Below are positions 39,001 to 48,311 of a stretch of 64,000 bases of DNA, piece after piece (positions within the stretch are counted from its first letter, which is position 1; each line of letters starts with the position of its first letter). The notes beneath the pieces were generated by a model. The model did no database searches, had not been told where the DNA came from, and saw nothing but the letters and a program-made list of their open reading frames with translations. The translations under genes and the position numbers were made by a program. The stretch comes from a virus. Where the stretch lies: positions 1 to 64,000 of IMG/VR virus record IMGVR_UViG_3300035670_000060; one strand, written 5' to 3'.

Positions 39001-39393
39001 CGCTGAAAATGATCCAGCACCATCTCTGAGCACAATAGTAGAAGCGCCGTTCGCTGAAGATGCTGTTGTTCTTGCGTTTGCTAAAGTTCCGGAAGATATA
39101 TTAGATGCATTTGTTGTATCAGTAGTCGCCGATGTTGCTAAACCAGAAACTGCATTTGAACTAATAGCAATGTTTACGTTTGCTACACTTGTTGCTCTAC
39201 CTTTAGTGTCCACAACAATTTGTGGTACTGCTGATGCTGAACCATAAGTACCTGCTGTTGCACCTGATGTCGCTAATCTATCAGCACTCAATGTACCTGA
39301 AGATACATTAGAAGCATTTATGTTGGTTAAGGTATTACCAGAACCAACAAAATGTAAAGCCGAAACGGCTTCTTTGACTTTAAAATTTGCCAT
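33028..39393 (-). CDS. Giant repeat-rich fibre protein (2121 aa)
   Basis: Seven 69-aa repeats and four NGASTIVxRD-type modules, then about 70 17-aa NTTG..NNFFG..AG repeats. Confidence 0.8.
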   Translation of the reverse strand: MANFKVKEAVSALHFVGSGNTLTNINASNVSSGTLSADRLATSGATAGTYGSASAVPQIVVDTKGRATSVANVNIAISSNAVSGLATSATTDTTNASNISSGTLANARTTASSANGASTIVLRDGAGSFSANVITATTFSGDGSALTNINASTLTNINASNVSSGTLSADRLATSGATAGTYGSASAVPQIVVDTKGRATSVANVSIAISSNAVSGLATSATTDTTNASNISSGTLNAARLPTSGATAGTYGSASAVPQIVVDTYGRATSVANVSIAISSNAVSGLATSATTDTTNASNISSGTLNAARLPTSGVSANTYGSSSSVPQIVVDTYGRATSVANVSIAISSGAVSGLASSATTDTTNASNISSGTLANARTSAASANGASTIVARDASGSFTANVITSTTISGNGALLTTLNASNISSGTLNAARLPTSGATAGTYGSASAVPQIVVDTYGRATSVANVSIAISSGAVSGLASSATTDTTNASNISSGTLANARTTATASNTASTIVLRDASGAFSAGNVTLQDLTVTGNVSFTGNVISVTANNLVIEDNIIQLGKDNLTDAVDIGFIGHYRRLSDSANVHAGLFRDASDGIWKFFENYPIEPGTNTNIDTSNTQFRIANLTANTITASTGFSGSGASLTTLNASNISSGTLNAARLPTSGATAGTYGSASAVPQVVVDTYGRATSVANVNIAISSGAVSGLASSATTDTTNASNISSGTLNAARLPTSGVSANTYGSASSVPRIVVDTYGRATSVANVNIAISSSAVSGLAASATTDTTNASNISSGTLANARTSAASANGASTIVARDASGSFTANNITATKFFGDGSSLTGIGGGSSVFNVCGSNNIVSCISGIGGTGTNNFFAGQCAGVCNTTGNHNIFIGQNAGVCNTTGGYNIFLGLCAGRINTASENIFIGSLSGCCNTIGCGNIYIGINSGRHGTYARHNNFIGRQAGFCNIGGAYNNFFGCSAGYSNTTGNHNNFIGKGSGYYNTTGRSNNFFGLFAGYKNTTGAYNNFFGYYAGYCNTTGCHNVFIGQCAGYSNTTGGWNNFFGLNAGRCNTTGRYNNFFGCGAGSFNTTGQNNNFFGYYAGYRNTTGRYNNFFGRSAGKYNTNGRYNNFFGINAGYCNTTGCHNNFIGYQVGSYNTTGSHNNFFGNSAGFKNTTGSGNFFAGQCTGACNTTGGYNNFFGRDAGSSNTTGGCNNFFGYFAGTCNTTGTYNNFFGPLAGYYNTTGNCNNFIGAWAGGNNTTGINNNFIGAETGRYNTSGNDNNFFGFNTGYNNTIGSNNIFIGNRTGYSNSTGSHNFFAGNCAGYSNTTVSNNIFIGNQAGRSNTLGSSNIFFGLCAGYSNTSGSNNNFFGLFAGLCNTTGCSNNFFGSCAGRSNTTGCFNNFFGLFAGLCNTTGSNNNFFGCNAGRNNTTGTFNNFFGRGAGLCNTTGSNNNFFGVTSGCNNTTGRYNNVFGSSAGRYMTTGCYNNFFGLNAGYCNTTGCHNVFIGVYAGYSNTTGNNNVFIGNRAGYYNTTGANNNFFGNNAGYCNTTGCHNFFAGFSSGFANTTGTFNNFLGCNSGFRNTTGSSNNFFGQSAGCSNTTGSFNNFFGLAAGRLNTTGCYNNFFGNQAGRSNTTGCHNNVFGRYAGFLSITGCNNNMFGHFAGYSNSGCYNNFFGNSAGLANSTGSNNFFAGLCAGRFNTTGSHNTFIGACAGLCNTTGTYNFFAGFCAGHFNITGSHNNFIGQFAGRNNTTGRYNNFFGFGAGAANTTAFANTFFGRYTGRCNTTGAYNNFFGRSAGYFNTTGSHNTFFGHYAGCSNTTGCYNNFFGNRAGFSNTTGCHNNFIGNNAGCCNTTGSNNNFIGNAAGAANTTGYFNNFIGSSAGYGNTTGFSNNFFGNGAGYFNTTGSYNNFFGATAGRANTTGSCNNFIGGFAGYNNTTGSNNNFIGVFAGHCNTTGCYNNFFGNRAGFSNTTGCHNNFFGNSAGCCNTTGSNNNFLGRFAGLNNTAGSHNFFAGNRAGFSNTTGSCNIFIGNYAGYSNTTGIHNNFFGSDAGFSVTTGSNNTIIGNWAGTSGLQNIVAIYAGTCQRICVNDTGIYVNGSLLSGGGGGGITTGKSIAMAMIFG
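33200..36790 (-). repeat. Array of about 70 51-nt coding repeats (GxxAGxxNTTGxxNNFF)
   Basis: CCAGTGGTGTT and CCAAAGAAATTATT recur every 51 nt on the + strand. Confidence 0.95.
37000..39330 (-). repeat. Seven 207-nt (69-aa) coding repeats
   Basis: Unit NASNISSGTLNAARLPTSGATAGTYGSASAVPQIVVDTYGRATSVANVSIAISSNAVSGLATSATTDTT. Confidence 0.9.
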
Positions 39394-39435
39394 TACCTCG
39401 TCCCATTAGTTATAAACTCAGAGGTCTATATTGTG

Positions 39436-41760
39436 TTACACTGTGCTGTAATTTGTTCCTACTAGTTTCACTGTGATAGTTGCATTAGTTCCTTGAGCAA
39501 AAAGTCTTAGATTTCCGGAACTAATGTTTGCAGTGAAGATTACTAAATCATCATTTACATTAGTCGATACGATACCATATTCTGATATATATACGTTTGT
39601 ATCATCATGTACAACATGAATTTTTCCAGTTGAAAAATATGGTGTGCCTGTTGTAGTTTTTATATGGTATGTATATTCTGCCGTTCGATATGTAGCAATC
39701 GCAAAACTATCAACAATTGTTGCTGATCCTGTTGTTATGCCAGATGTAGATGATTCTAAAGAACCTGCACCTGTAAATACAATATTATCACCAGATTTGC
39801 TTACTGTGACTGTTCCAGCGCCAACAAAGTTTACATTACTCGTTGCACCACTTGTCAATGCTGTTAGTGTAAGATTTGCACCAGATGTCGCTGTTGTAGT
39901 TGATATAGAATATGTATCATATTCAACCGGAATAGGTACATTATAATAATTAGTACCATTATTTGTAAAGTTCCAACGATCACTAGATTCGTTCCATAAA
40001 AATTTAACGTTTGTTGATGTGCCACGCTCAACTTCAATACCTGCGTCTTGTGACGGAGAACCAGTCTCATCACTGTTCAACAATAAAACGCTGTCACCAA
40101 TGTCAACTTGATTTGAATTAACCGTTGTAGTTGTACCATTAACAGTTAGATTTCCTGTAATAACAGTATTACCGTCAACACTCAGATCATTGACTGTTAC
40201 ATTACCCGCTGAAAATGCTCCAGCAGCATCTCTAAGAACTATCGTTGAAGCGCCGTTTGCTGAAGCAGCGGTTGTTCTAGCGTTATCTAATGTGCCTGTT
40301 GATATATTTGATGCGTCTAGATTTGTTAACGCTGCGCCGTTGCCAGAGAATGTGGTAGCCGTTATAGCGTTTGCAGCAAAAGATCCTGAACCATCTCTTG
40401 CGACAATTGTGGATGCACCGTTAGCGGATGCGGCTGATGTTCTAGCGTTTGCTAAAGTTCCTGTTGAAATATTTGATGCATCTAAATTTGTTAATGCTGC
40501 ACCATTACCTACATGAGTTCCTGATAATGTTGTACTCGTTATAACATTTGCTGCGAATGAACCAGAAGCATCCCTAGCAACGATGGTAGAAGCACCATTT
40601 GCTGATGCTGCTGTTGTTCTAGCGTTATCTAATGTGCCTGTTGATACGTTAGATGCATTTAAATCTGTAAGTGCTGCTCCGTTACCTGAAAACGTTGTCG
40701 CTGTTATAGCATTTGCAGCAAAAGATCCTGAACCATCTCTTGCAACAATAGTCGAAGCACCATTTGCTGATGCTGCTGTTGTTCTTGCGTTATCTAATGT
40801 TCCAGTTGCTACGTTAGATGCATTTAAATTTGTTAATGCTGAACCATTACCAGAAATTGTTGTTGATGTTATAGCATTAGCTGTGAATGATCCTGATGCA
40901 TCTCTTGCGACAATTGTTGAAGCGCCGTTTGCTGAAGCGGCGGTTGTTCTAGCATTGTCCAGTGTGCCAGTTGATACATTTGACGCATTTAAATCTGTAA
41001 GTGCTGCACCATTACCAGAAATTGTTGTTGATGTTATAGCATTAGCTGTAAATGAACCAGAAGCATCTCTAGCAACAATCGTTGAAGCGCCGTTTGCTGA
41101 AGCAGCAGTTGTTCTATCATTTGATAAAGTTCCTGATGTTACGTTTGATGCATTTAAATTTGTAAGAGTTAACCCATTACCTATAATATAAGTTGCTATA
41201 ACATTTCCTGATATCGTTAAGTCAGCATCAGACGTTGTTAAAGTTGTACCACCAATTTTTAAGGAACTGCCTGAAAGATATAAATCTCTGAATCTATGTG
41301 TGTCATCACCTAGATCGTAAGTTACATTAGCATCTGGTAAAATATGACCTGATACAGTAAGGCCGTTCAAAATTCCTACTTGAGTAATATTTGATTGTGT
41401 TGTTGTAATTAATGTACCAGTAATTTGATTTGCGCTAAAATTTCCAGCCGCATCTCTTGCAACAATCGTTGAAGCACCATTTGCTGAAGCTGCCGTTGTT
41501 CTAGCGTTTGCCAAAGTACCTGATGATATATTGGACGCATTTAAATCTGTAAGTGCTGAGCCATTACCAGATATTGTTGTTGATGTTATAGCGTTTGCGC
41601 TAAAACTACCAGAAGCATCTCTAAGAACAATGGTAGAAGCGCCGTTCGCTGAGGCCGCGGTTGTTTTATCATTTGTTATTGTCGAACCTATCCAGTATCC
41701 AGCTGAATTAACAACATCTACGCTGTTAACCTTGATACCACTTTTGACCTTAAATGTCAT
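39436..41760 (-). CDS. Repeat-rich fibre protein (774 aa)
   Basis: Eight ANGASTIVxRD modules with a 55-aa period; YDLG...RFRDLYLSG; GNLTVNGTTTTVNS and AGIEVERG motifs. Confidence 0.8.
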   Translation of the reverse strand: MTFKVKSGIKVNSVDVVNSAGYWIGSTITNDKTTAASANGASTIVLRDASGSFSANAITSTTISGNGSALTDLNASNISSGTLANARTTAASANGASTIVARDAAGNFSANQITGTLITTTQSNITQVGILNGLTVSGHILPDANVTYDLGDDTHRFRDLYLSGSSLKIGGTTLTTSDADLTISGNVIATYIIGNGLTLTNLNASNVTSGTLSNDRTTAASANGASTIVARDASGSFTANAITSTTISGNGAALTDLNASNVSTGTLDNARTTAASANGASTIVARDASGSFTANAITSTTISGNGSALTNLNASNVATGTLDNARTTAASANGASTIVARDGSGSFAANAITATTFSGNGAALTDLNASNVSTGTLDNARTTAASANGASTIVARDASGSFAANVITSTTLSGTHVGNGAALTNLDASNISTGTLANARTSAASANGASTIVARDGSGSFAANAITATTFSGNGAALTNLDASNISTGTLDNARTTAASANGASTIVLRDAAGAFSAGNVTVNDLSVDGNTVITGNLTVNGTTTTVNSNQVDIGDSVLLLNSDETGSPSQDAGIEVERGTSTNVKFLWNESSDRWNFTNNGTNYYNVPIPVEYDTYSISTTTATSGANLTLTALTSGATSNVNFVGAGTVTVSKSGDNIVFTGAGSLESSTSGITTGSATIVDSFAIATYRTAEYTYHIKTTTGTPYFSTGKIHVVHDDTNVYISEYGIVSTNVNDDLVIFTANISSGNLRLFAQGTNATITVKLVGTNYSTV

Positions 41761-41792
41761 AATTTTCTCCTACCTTTGATTAGGTTTTTTAT

Positions 41793-41800
41793 TATTTATA
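41793..41800 (-). promoter_or_regulatory. T4-type late promoter TATAAATA
   Basis: Exact motif upstream of the 774-aa fibre gene. Confidence 0.7.
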
Positions 41801-42917
41801 ATAATCTTCTAAACTTGAACGTATAAAGCACTGCTCCGGAAGTGTTGATAGTGCCAGATATTTGAAGTTTCAAATCATCACTATCAGATGTTTCGGTGCG
41901 TTGAACTCTTAAGAATAGAACACCAGAACCTGGACCTCGCCCTGCACGATGCAAAACGATTTCATCAAAGATTGTTGAATCTGTATCCGAAGAAAACCAT
42001 GACATAAGTCCAGAGTAATATTCGTTATAATGTTCTCCACCAACTAAGTTGTCGTTTGCAAAAACTTGAACAACATATGTTCCAGTCGGTAAAGATGTTG
42101 ATTTAATAGCTGTGTCTTGCCAGGAATCAGTAATTTGTAAACTCACGCTTGTTTCATAATATTGATCAATATTTGTTCCTTGTGTCATTACAAGGCCGCT
42201 ATGCTGAACTGTATTAAAAGTTACATCAGATGTAACTTTTAACGGTTGACTCAATCTCACTTGACTTGTATTTCCACTAGGAATTACATTTAAACCGTCA
42301 TCAATATTGAATTGAATTTTGCCTACGTTTGATATTGTATTTGAAGTGGCGCTCGTATTATTGACATTTTCAACTTCAATTTTTAAATCTAATGTTTCGC
42401 CAGGAACTAAATTTATACCAGTGTCTAAAAGCGATTCTACATAGTTATAGTCTATAATACCGCCTGTTGTATTGCTTGTAAAAATATTACCATTACTTGT
42501 TACAATAAGTGCAGTAGGATTAGGATTAGATATAGTTGAGTTAGGAACAATTCCTATAACTCCGCTATTTGAATTTGTTGAAAATGTTGAACCGCCGAGA
42601 TTTATTGTATTACCACTTAAAAATAAATCTTTAAATCTGTAAGAACTGGAACCAATGTTATAAACTGAATCAACTGTCGGTATAATATTACCCGACATAT
42701 TTAAATCTGTAACATTAATTGTATTTGCTGTAAGTACATCTACATTAGCTGTTGTAAATGTTACATTCGCTGAAACACCTACTGTAATACCACCAACTGT
42801 ACTTCCATCACCAATAAAAACTGTTTTAGTGTCGGTTGAATAGATGAGTTCGCCTTCAGCCGGAGTTATCGACAATCTTTCAGCATTCGTTCCTCTTCTA
42901 AGTTTAAGACCAGACAT
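41796..42917 (-). CDS. Fibre protein with Mtd-like N-terminal domain
   Basis: LKLRRGT...PAEGELIYSTDTKTVFIGDGSTVGG; YNIGSSSYRFKDLFLSG. Confidence 0.7.
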   Translation of the reverse strand: MSGLKLRRGTNAERLSITPAEGELIYSTDTKTVFIGDGSTVGGITVGVSANVTFTTANVDVLTANTINVTDLNMSGNIIPTVDSVYNIGSSSYRFKDLFLSGNTINLGGSTFSTNSNSGVIGIVPNSTISNPNPTALIVTSNGNIFTSNTTGGIIDYNYVESLLDTGINLVPGETLDLKIEVENVNNTSATSNTISNVGKIQFNIDDGLNVIPSGNTSQVRLSQPLKVTSDVTFNTVQHSGLVMTQGTNIDQYYETSVSLQITDSWQDTAIKSTSLPTGTYVVQVFANDNLVGGEHYNEYYSGLMSWFSSDTDSTIFDEIVLHRAGRGPGSGVLFLRVQRTETSDSDDLKLQISGTINTSGAVLYTFKFRRLL

Positions 42918-42925
42918 ATATATCC

Positions 42926-45379
42926 TTATACAAAAGAACCAAAATCAACTGTAAGACCGGCTGTAGGTGAAGTAAAAGATCCAAAATCAAGTTCAATGAT
43001 TGCGTTATTGGAAGGTGTTATGCTATTTATCGAATCAAATCTTATTGATTGATTTATACTATTCGCTGTAATTGTTATACCAGTACCAGCTAAAAAATTT
43101 ACTGTGTCTAAACCAACAGCAGTCAATCCTGGATTTGAATTTACATTCCAATATTTAAATGAAGTAATTGTATTTGCGTAATCATAAGCTGCTTGTGCTA
43201 AACTGTTTGCAGTGTTTGCTGTATCATATATGCTATTTGCATCAGTTCTTAGCAAATATTGTGGATGATCATCGTCCGTAAGGCCCGTAAGTAAACCATG
43301 ATCACTCAAAGTTGCTGGTAAAGTTGTTATAGAATTAAAACTTCTTAAATCCCAAACAGAAACTAATCTTGCATTGACGCTGTTTATATAACTTGTTTTG
43401 CATTCGTAAACAAGTTTGTATAACGGACGCATTTCAACAACAGGAAATCCCGTAAGAATCAAATCTGAGAATTGAATTCCTTCAGCATCACCTATGTTAG
43501 ACCTTTGATCTTGACCAATAATACCTATAACAGGATAATTGATGTTGTTTGTTGCAACAATAAAAGTTACACCAAATTTATTGTTATCAATGTCTACGGT
43601 AGACCATGTACCACCGCTGAATTGATTATATTGTGGTCTTGCAGATCCTTGTTTAATTGGAAAGTTAGTTGGTGTATCAATCACCCAAGCATCATTGCTT
43701 AAATAAAACATTGGAATTCTTGCGGGGCCTTGCAAGTCTTGTTCCCATGTATTTGCTGTCGGTGTGTTTGAATGCGTGATATCAACTTGCAAATCTTCAT
43801 CAAAAAACGTACCATCCTGAATATCAATTTGAAGGTGTGTATCAAGAGAACCATCGCCATTAACTATATAATTTGTAGCACCAAAACCATTTGCAATCGC
43901 TGCACCTCTTGTACGATGCAAATATTCGTGCGTCTGCCAATCTAAAGTAATGCCGTGACGTTCATCTGCAACAAACGGCGCTGTTTGTGTATTTTGATTC
44001 CAATACACATAAGCAACCATACAATCATCATCCCAATCAAAAAATGTTGTTCTATATTGAAGAACACCACTAGGATCAAAATAAATGTAATAAAGACCTG
44101 TTGTATTTGGTATAGTGACGGATCTGCTATTTGTAATCTGTCTTTTGATACCTTTAGTGTAAATGTAATATGATGCACTAACTGGTGATATAGTAAATGT
44201 CCTTGATACATCATTAAATGATATAGCGGAATCTGTTCTTTCAACAATTCCCATTGGCTCTTTTGTATCAGCAAAAATTGCATTGATTGTATCAAGGAAT
44301 GGTGAAGAAATTGTTAGTGTGTCAGTGCTCGCATCAGTAGTAATAACAATATTATTGCCAGCAGCAATAGTTAATGTATCAGTATTTGAATCAGCAACTA
44401 TATCATCTTGTCCTGTTACTGATATTGTTTTAAATAAAATAATTGTATTAGCATAATCATATGCCGCTTGAGCTAAAGAATTTGCGTTGTTGGCTTGGTC
44501 ATATGCTGAATTTGATGTATTCCAAATTTGATATACTGTAGTATTAACTGCATATCCAGTTAAATCAACATCAAATGTTAAAGAGTCTGCTACCGTGTCT
44601 GTTGTTATAATTAAATTATTACCAGATACAACACTCAATGTAGCGTTTGTAGAATTCGCTGTAACTAAATCGGTATTGTTTACTAAAACATTTCTAAAAG
44701 CTGGACCACCTTCTCCTGTGCCAGTTTGTTGTATAAAAGTAAATTTTTTAGTTGCGTTGTTATAAGAAAGAACATAACCTTCTTGAATACTATCACGGTC
44801 AACATCATCTAGCCAACGAAAATTAACTTCACCACCACCAGAACTACCGCCTACAATATTTTTAGATATTATAGCATTGACTTTATTTTTGTATTGAACA
44901 ACATCTTTGAGAACTAATGATTTAAAGTTTTTAAAATCTTTTTCAAATTCTTTGGTATCAGCATCTCTGCCAGAATCACCTTTATCACCTTTTTCGCCTT
45001 TATCTCCCTTTTCACCTTTTGGACCTTGAATTCCAGGAAGACCTTTGTCTCCTTTAGGACCACGTGAACCTGTCTCACCTTTCTTACCTTGCGGACCCTG
45101 GATACCTTGAGGACCTTGCTCGCCAGTATCACCTTTTTCACCAGAAAATCCACGTGGACCAATTTCGCCTCTATCACCTTTTAAAACACGAACGAGTCCT
45201 TCCTGATCAGTAGGATCTTTTATTGCACCTGATTCAACAATTGTTTTTGCGTATTCTTCTAAAGATTCTAGTCGTTTTAAAAGTTTATCAACTTCTTTTT
45301 TTGTATATGCTATAGAAGTTGCTATAGATAACGCTTCATCAATTGCTTTTACATGAAGATTACTTTTCTCCTCGCTCAT
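42926..45379 (-). CDS. Collagen-like (Gly-X-Y) fibre protein
   Basis: About 24 Gly-X-Y triplets, [30 protein letters not shown]; overlaps the portal gene end. Confidence 0.75.
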   Translation of the reverse strand: MSEEKSNLHVKAIDEALSIATSIAYTKKEVDKLLKRLESLEEYAKTIVESGAIKDPTDQEGLVRVLKGDRGEIGPRGFSGEKGDTGEQGPQGIQGPQGKKGETGSRGPKGDKGLPGIQGPKGEKGDKGEKGDKGDSGRDADTKEFEKDFKNFKSLVLKDVVQYKNKVNAIISKNIVGGSSGGGEVNFRWLDDVDRDSIQEGYVLSYNNATKKFTFIQQTGTGEGGPAFRNVLVNNTDLVTANSTNATLSVVSGNNLIITTDTVADSLTFDVDLTGYAVNTTVYQIWNTSNSAYDQANNANSLAQAAYDYANTIILFKTISVTGQDDIVADSNTDTLTIAAGNNIVITTDASTDTLTISSPFLDTINAIFADTKEPMGIVERTDSAISFNDVSRTFTISPVSASYYIYTKGIKRQITNSRSVTIPNTTGLYYIYFDPSGVLQYRTTFFDWDDDCMVAYVYWNQNTQTAPFVADERHGITLDWQTHEYLHRTRGAAIANGFGATNYIVNGDGSLDTHLQIDIQDGTFFDEDLQVDITHSNTPTANTWEQDLQGPARIPMFYLSNDAWVIDTPTNFPIKQGSARPQYNQFSGGTWSTVDIDNNKFGVTFIVATNNINYPVIGIIGQDQRSNIGDAEGIQFSDLILTGFPVVEMRPLYKLVYECKTSYINSVNARLVSVWDLRSFNSITTLPATLSDHGLLTGLTDDDHPQYLLRTDANSIYDTANTANSLAQAAYDYANTITSFKYWNVNSNPGLTAVGLDTVNFLAGTGITITANSINQSIRFDSINSITPSNNAIIELDFGSFTSPTAGLTVDFGSFV

Positions 45380-47018
45380 TTCTTGTCTCTTCTGTTAATG
45401 TATCAAAAAATCTAGTCATAGATTTTGCTAAATCTTTTTGGTCACTATCATCAAATTTTCTAGATTCTAGATTTTCTTTTTTTACACTCACAACGACTTC
45501 TTGAGGAGGTGGCGGTGAAGGTGGTGGAGGTTGAACTGGCTCCATCGGTTCATCTTCCATATTTGCTTTATCTTCTTCCATTTCTTTGTCCATATCTTTG
45601 ATTTCATCTTCAGATTGACGAAGAATGTTCTTACGAATATAAGCAACGGAAAAATATTTACCTACATACGGATCAATTTCACCGAGCAGTCCAAGTCTAT
45701 CTTTCATAATTTCAGATTGTTTCAGTTCTACAAAATAAGAATCAGAAATGAAATCATAATTGATTTCTTCTTTGAGTTGAAGCCATTCTGCCCTTGTGCA
45801 TATACCCTTAAGAAGTAATTGTGTTTCTAAAAGTTTATCAAATAAATGTGTAAAACGCAAGCGCAGTCTTGAAACAAATTTTGAAAACTTGATTTCATCT
45901 CTAGAGATTTCACTTGCACGACCTAAAGAGAAACCTTGATCCGATTCTAATCTTGAAATTGGTACGTTCAATGATTTATAAAGTTTCTTTTGAAAGTATA
46001 GAACGTCTTCAATCTCACCTAGATTTTGACCAGCAGGAAGCGTTGTAATTTCTGTACCTTTACCACCTTCTCTACGTGGCAACCAGAAATCTTCAAGCAT
46101 TGTTTGAAATCTTCTATCATCACGAATTTCACCAGTTTGTGCATCATAGACAAGTTTGTTCTTGTATTTTTGCATAATCTCACGGAGATATTGCTCTGCT
46201 TTTATTTTAGGTAAATTACCGACATCGATATAAAAAATTCTTCGTTCAGGTGCTCTTGAGATTCTGTAAATGACTGTAGCATCTTCAAGCATTCTTAACT
46301 GATTCAGTGGCTTGATTGCCTTATGTAGATGTGATATAACAACTTTACCATCTTTATCAAACTGACCGCAATGAACATAGCAAATGGAATCTGCTGCTAT
46401 CTTAAGACCTTGTGCACCATCTTTTGCAAAACCTTTGTCTGAAAAAATATAATACTCATTTGGTTTAGTATAAATTTGTGCAATACCAGTTGTATCTTTC
46501 TTCTTTACTGACTCACGGACTTTGCGAATCTTTCTTGGATCAATGTAACGAATCTCACGAAGACCTGAGCGTGGAGATTTTTCATCAATAATCATGTGAT
46601 AGTATAATCGTCCATCAATGTACCAGCGTCGAAAAATGTCATAGCCCATATTATTGAAATCAAGAAGTTTCATAATGTGTGTATATTCATCACGAATTTT
46701 CTTTTTGATTGATTCTGGCTGTTTAAGTTCGTCCAGTACAATTTCAACAGGATACTTATGTTCTTCGTATACAATCGCTTCGTTAACTATATCATCAATC
46801 GCTAAATCACACTCTGGCTGCATAGCCATTTCACGATACTTATTGATGAGTTCAGAGTCGGAACGTATTTGACCTTCTAAGTCAACATATGTACCATAGA
46901 TTCCGCCTGCTGATATTGCAACAGCACCATCATCTTCCGCTTTAGGCACAAATGATTGTACTTGTGATTGTTCTGGCTCATCTTTTCCAATTTTAAAACC
47001 AAATAAACGAATTGCCAT
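45360..47018 (-). CDS. gp20: Portal vertex protein gp20
   Basis: [41 protein letters not shown]. Confidence 0.98.
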   Translation of the reverse strand: MAIRLFGFKIGKDEPEQSQVQSFVPKAEDDGAVAISAGGIYGTYVDLEGQIRSDSELINKYREMAMQPECDLAIDDIVNEAIVYEEHKYPVEIVLDELKQPESIKKKIRDEYTHIMKLLDFNNMGYDIFRRWYIDGRLYYHMIIDEKSPRSGLREIRYIDPRKIRKVRESVKKKDTTGIAQIYTKPNEYYIFSDKGFAKDGAQGLKIAADSICYVHCGQFDKDGKVVISHLHKAIKPLNQLRMLEDATVIYRISRAPERRIFYIDVGNLPKIKAEQYLREIMQKYKNKLVYDAQTGEIRDDRRFQTMLEDFWLPRREGGKGTEITTLPAGQNLGEIEDVLYFQKKLYKSLNVPISRLESDQGFSLGRASEISRDEIKFSKFVSRLRLRFTHLFDKLLETQLLLKGICTRAEWLQLKEEINYDFISDSYFVELKQSEIMKDRLGLLGEIDPYVGKYFSVAYIRKNILRQSEDEIKDMDKEMEEDKANMEDEPMEPVQPPPPSPPPPQEVVVSVKKENLESRKFDDSDQKDLAKSMTRFFDTLTEETRNERGEK

Positions 47019-47038
47019 TTAAGTCTCTCTTTAAAATG

Positions 47039-47060
47039 AAAAGGGGCGTAATAGCCCCTC
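47039..47060 (-). terminator. Rho-independent terminator after the tail tube genes
   Basis: Minus strand AGGGGC-TATTAC-GCCCCT-TTT. Confidence 0.7.
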
Positions 47061-47114
47061 TTGTGAATAACTATTACGCAACTATTTATTCGTTGCGAAA
47101 AGTTTCTTATAACA

Positions 47115-47711
47115 TCATACCGATGCCGCTGAATTTACTTCAGTTTCATCTGAAATTGAACCATTACTTACAGCCGTCAATGAATGATACTGGAATGTAA
47201 CTGTAAATTCAGAAATTGTATCAGATGAATCATAAGATAAATCAATAGCGCCAATATCCGTAGGAAAACATTCAAATAATTGATATGATCTGGAAACTGT
47301 ATTATCTTGTTTTAAATGATCAACTCTTAAATCAACCATATAATCAAAACCAGATGATCCTGTTGGTCTAATTGCTTCATTATCATAGTTATTTAATTTG
47401 ATGTAGCTTACCCATTGATTGAATAATCCTCTAAGTGTATGAGCATCGTCAGAAATAAATGTTGCTGTCCAGTCTGCAAACGTTCTATCTCCAGGAACTT
47501 TAATTCTTCTACCACCACGATAAGGAACTTCAATAACACCTAATGTGAATGCTGGTATCGCTGCTGATTTACATAGATATTTTGCTCTATTGGCCGCTGA
47601 TATAATATTTACACCAACACTTGAAGGCCATAAAAAAGTAATTTCAAATAGATTTGGTCTAGCACCAATTCCTAACTGTTCTTTTAAATTTGAAATCGTC
47701 GATAGTGCCAT
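47115..47711 (-). CDS. gp19: Tail tube protein gp19, paralogue 2
   Basis: GARPNLF, PGDRTFADW, FPTDIGAIDLSYD, EFTVTFQY. Confidence 0.9.
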   Translation of the reverse strand: MALSTISNLKEQLGIGARPNLFEITFLWPSSVGVNIISAANRAKYLCKSAAIPAFTLGVIEVPYRGGRRIKVPGDRTFADWTATFISDDAHTLRGLFNQWVSYIKLNNYDNEAIRPTGSSGFDYMVDLRVDHLKQDNTVSRSYQLFECFPTDIGAIDLSYDSSDTISEFTVTFQYHSLTAVSNGSISDETEVNSAASV

Positions 47712-47726
47712 TTTATTTTCCTTTTA

Positions 47727-48284
47727 TTATAAATTTATATTAGCTTCATCGCCTACGAGATAATAATCGTAAGACCAAGTAACTGTAAATTCTTCGACGG
47801 TATCTGTTGTATCAAAAGACAGATCAATAGATGATATATCGCTGGGCCAACAATTAATTAATTTATACTCAGCATTTGGCCCAACAGAATTACCATCGGC
47901 ATCTAATTGAAATATTTCAACGGTGCCTGAAACGAGAGTTCCTGTTCCAACTGTTCTATTGCCCACAGAAGGTAAATTGTAATTAGTTTTGGATATTGTT
48001 GATTGCCATTCCTCAAATCTTGATCGAATGTAAAAATTTTCGTCATTGAGTACCGTTGTTGTCCACTCAGCAAACTGTCTATCACCACCCATTTTTAATC
48101 TTCTACCACCTACCGTTGCAACTTCAATTAATCCAACGGTTGCTGATGGTAGAGATGCTGAACGGCAAACATATTCAAATCCAGTAAAAGTGAACGCTGC
48201 TGGTGGATTAACTTTGACAAGAAACAGGTTCGGACGTGAACCTGCTCCTAATGCCTCCCTAAACGCTTGAATTGTAAATGCCAT
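47727..48284 (-). CDS. gp19: Tail tube protein gp19, paralogue 1
   Basis: GSRPNLF, GDRQFAEWTTTVLND, WPSDISSIDLSFD, EEFTVTWSY. Confidence 0.9.
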   Translation of the reverse strand: MAFTIQAFREALGAGSRPNLFLVKVNPPAAFTFTGFEYVCRSASLPSATVGLIEVATVGGRRLKMGGDRQFAEWTTTVLNDENFYIRSRFEEWQSTISKTNYNLPSVGNRTVGTGTLVSGTVEIFQLDADGNSVGPNAEYKLINCWPSDISSIDLSFDTTDTVEEFTVTWSYDYYLVGDEANINL

Positions 48285-48311
48285 ATTGTTTCTCCTTTAC
48301 TCTATTTCTAT

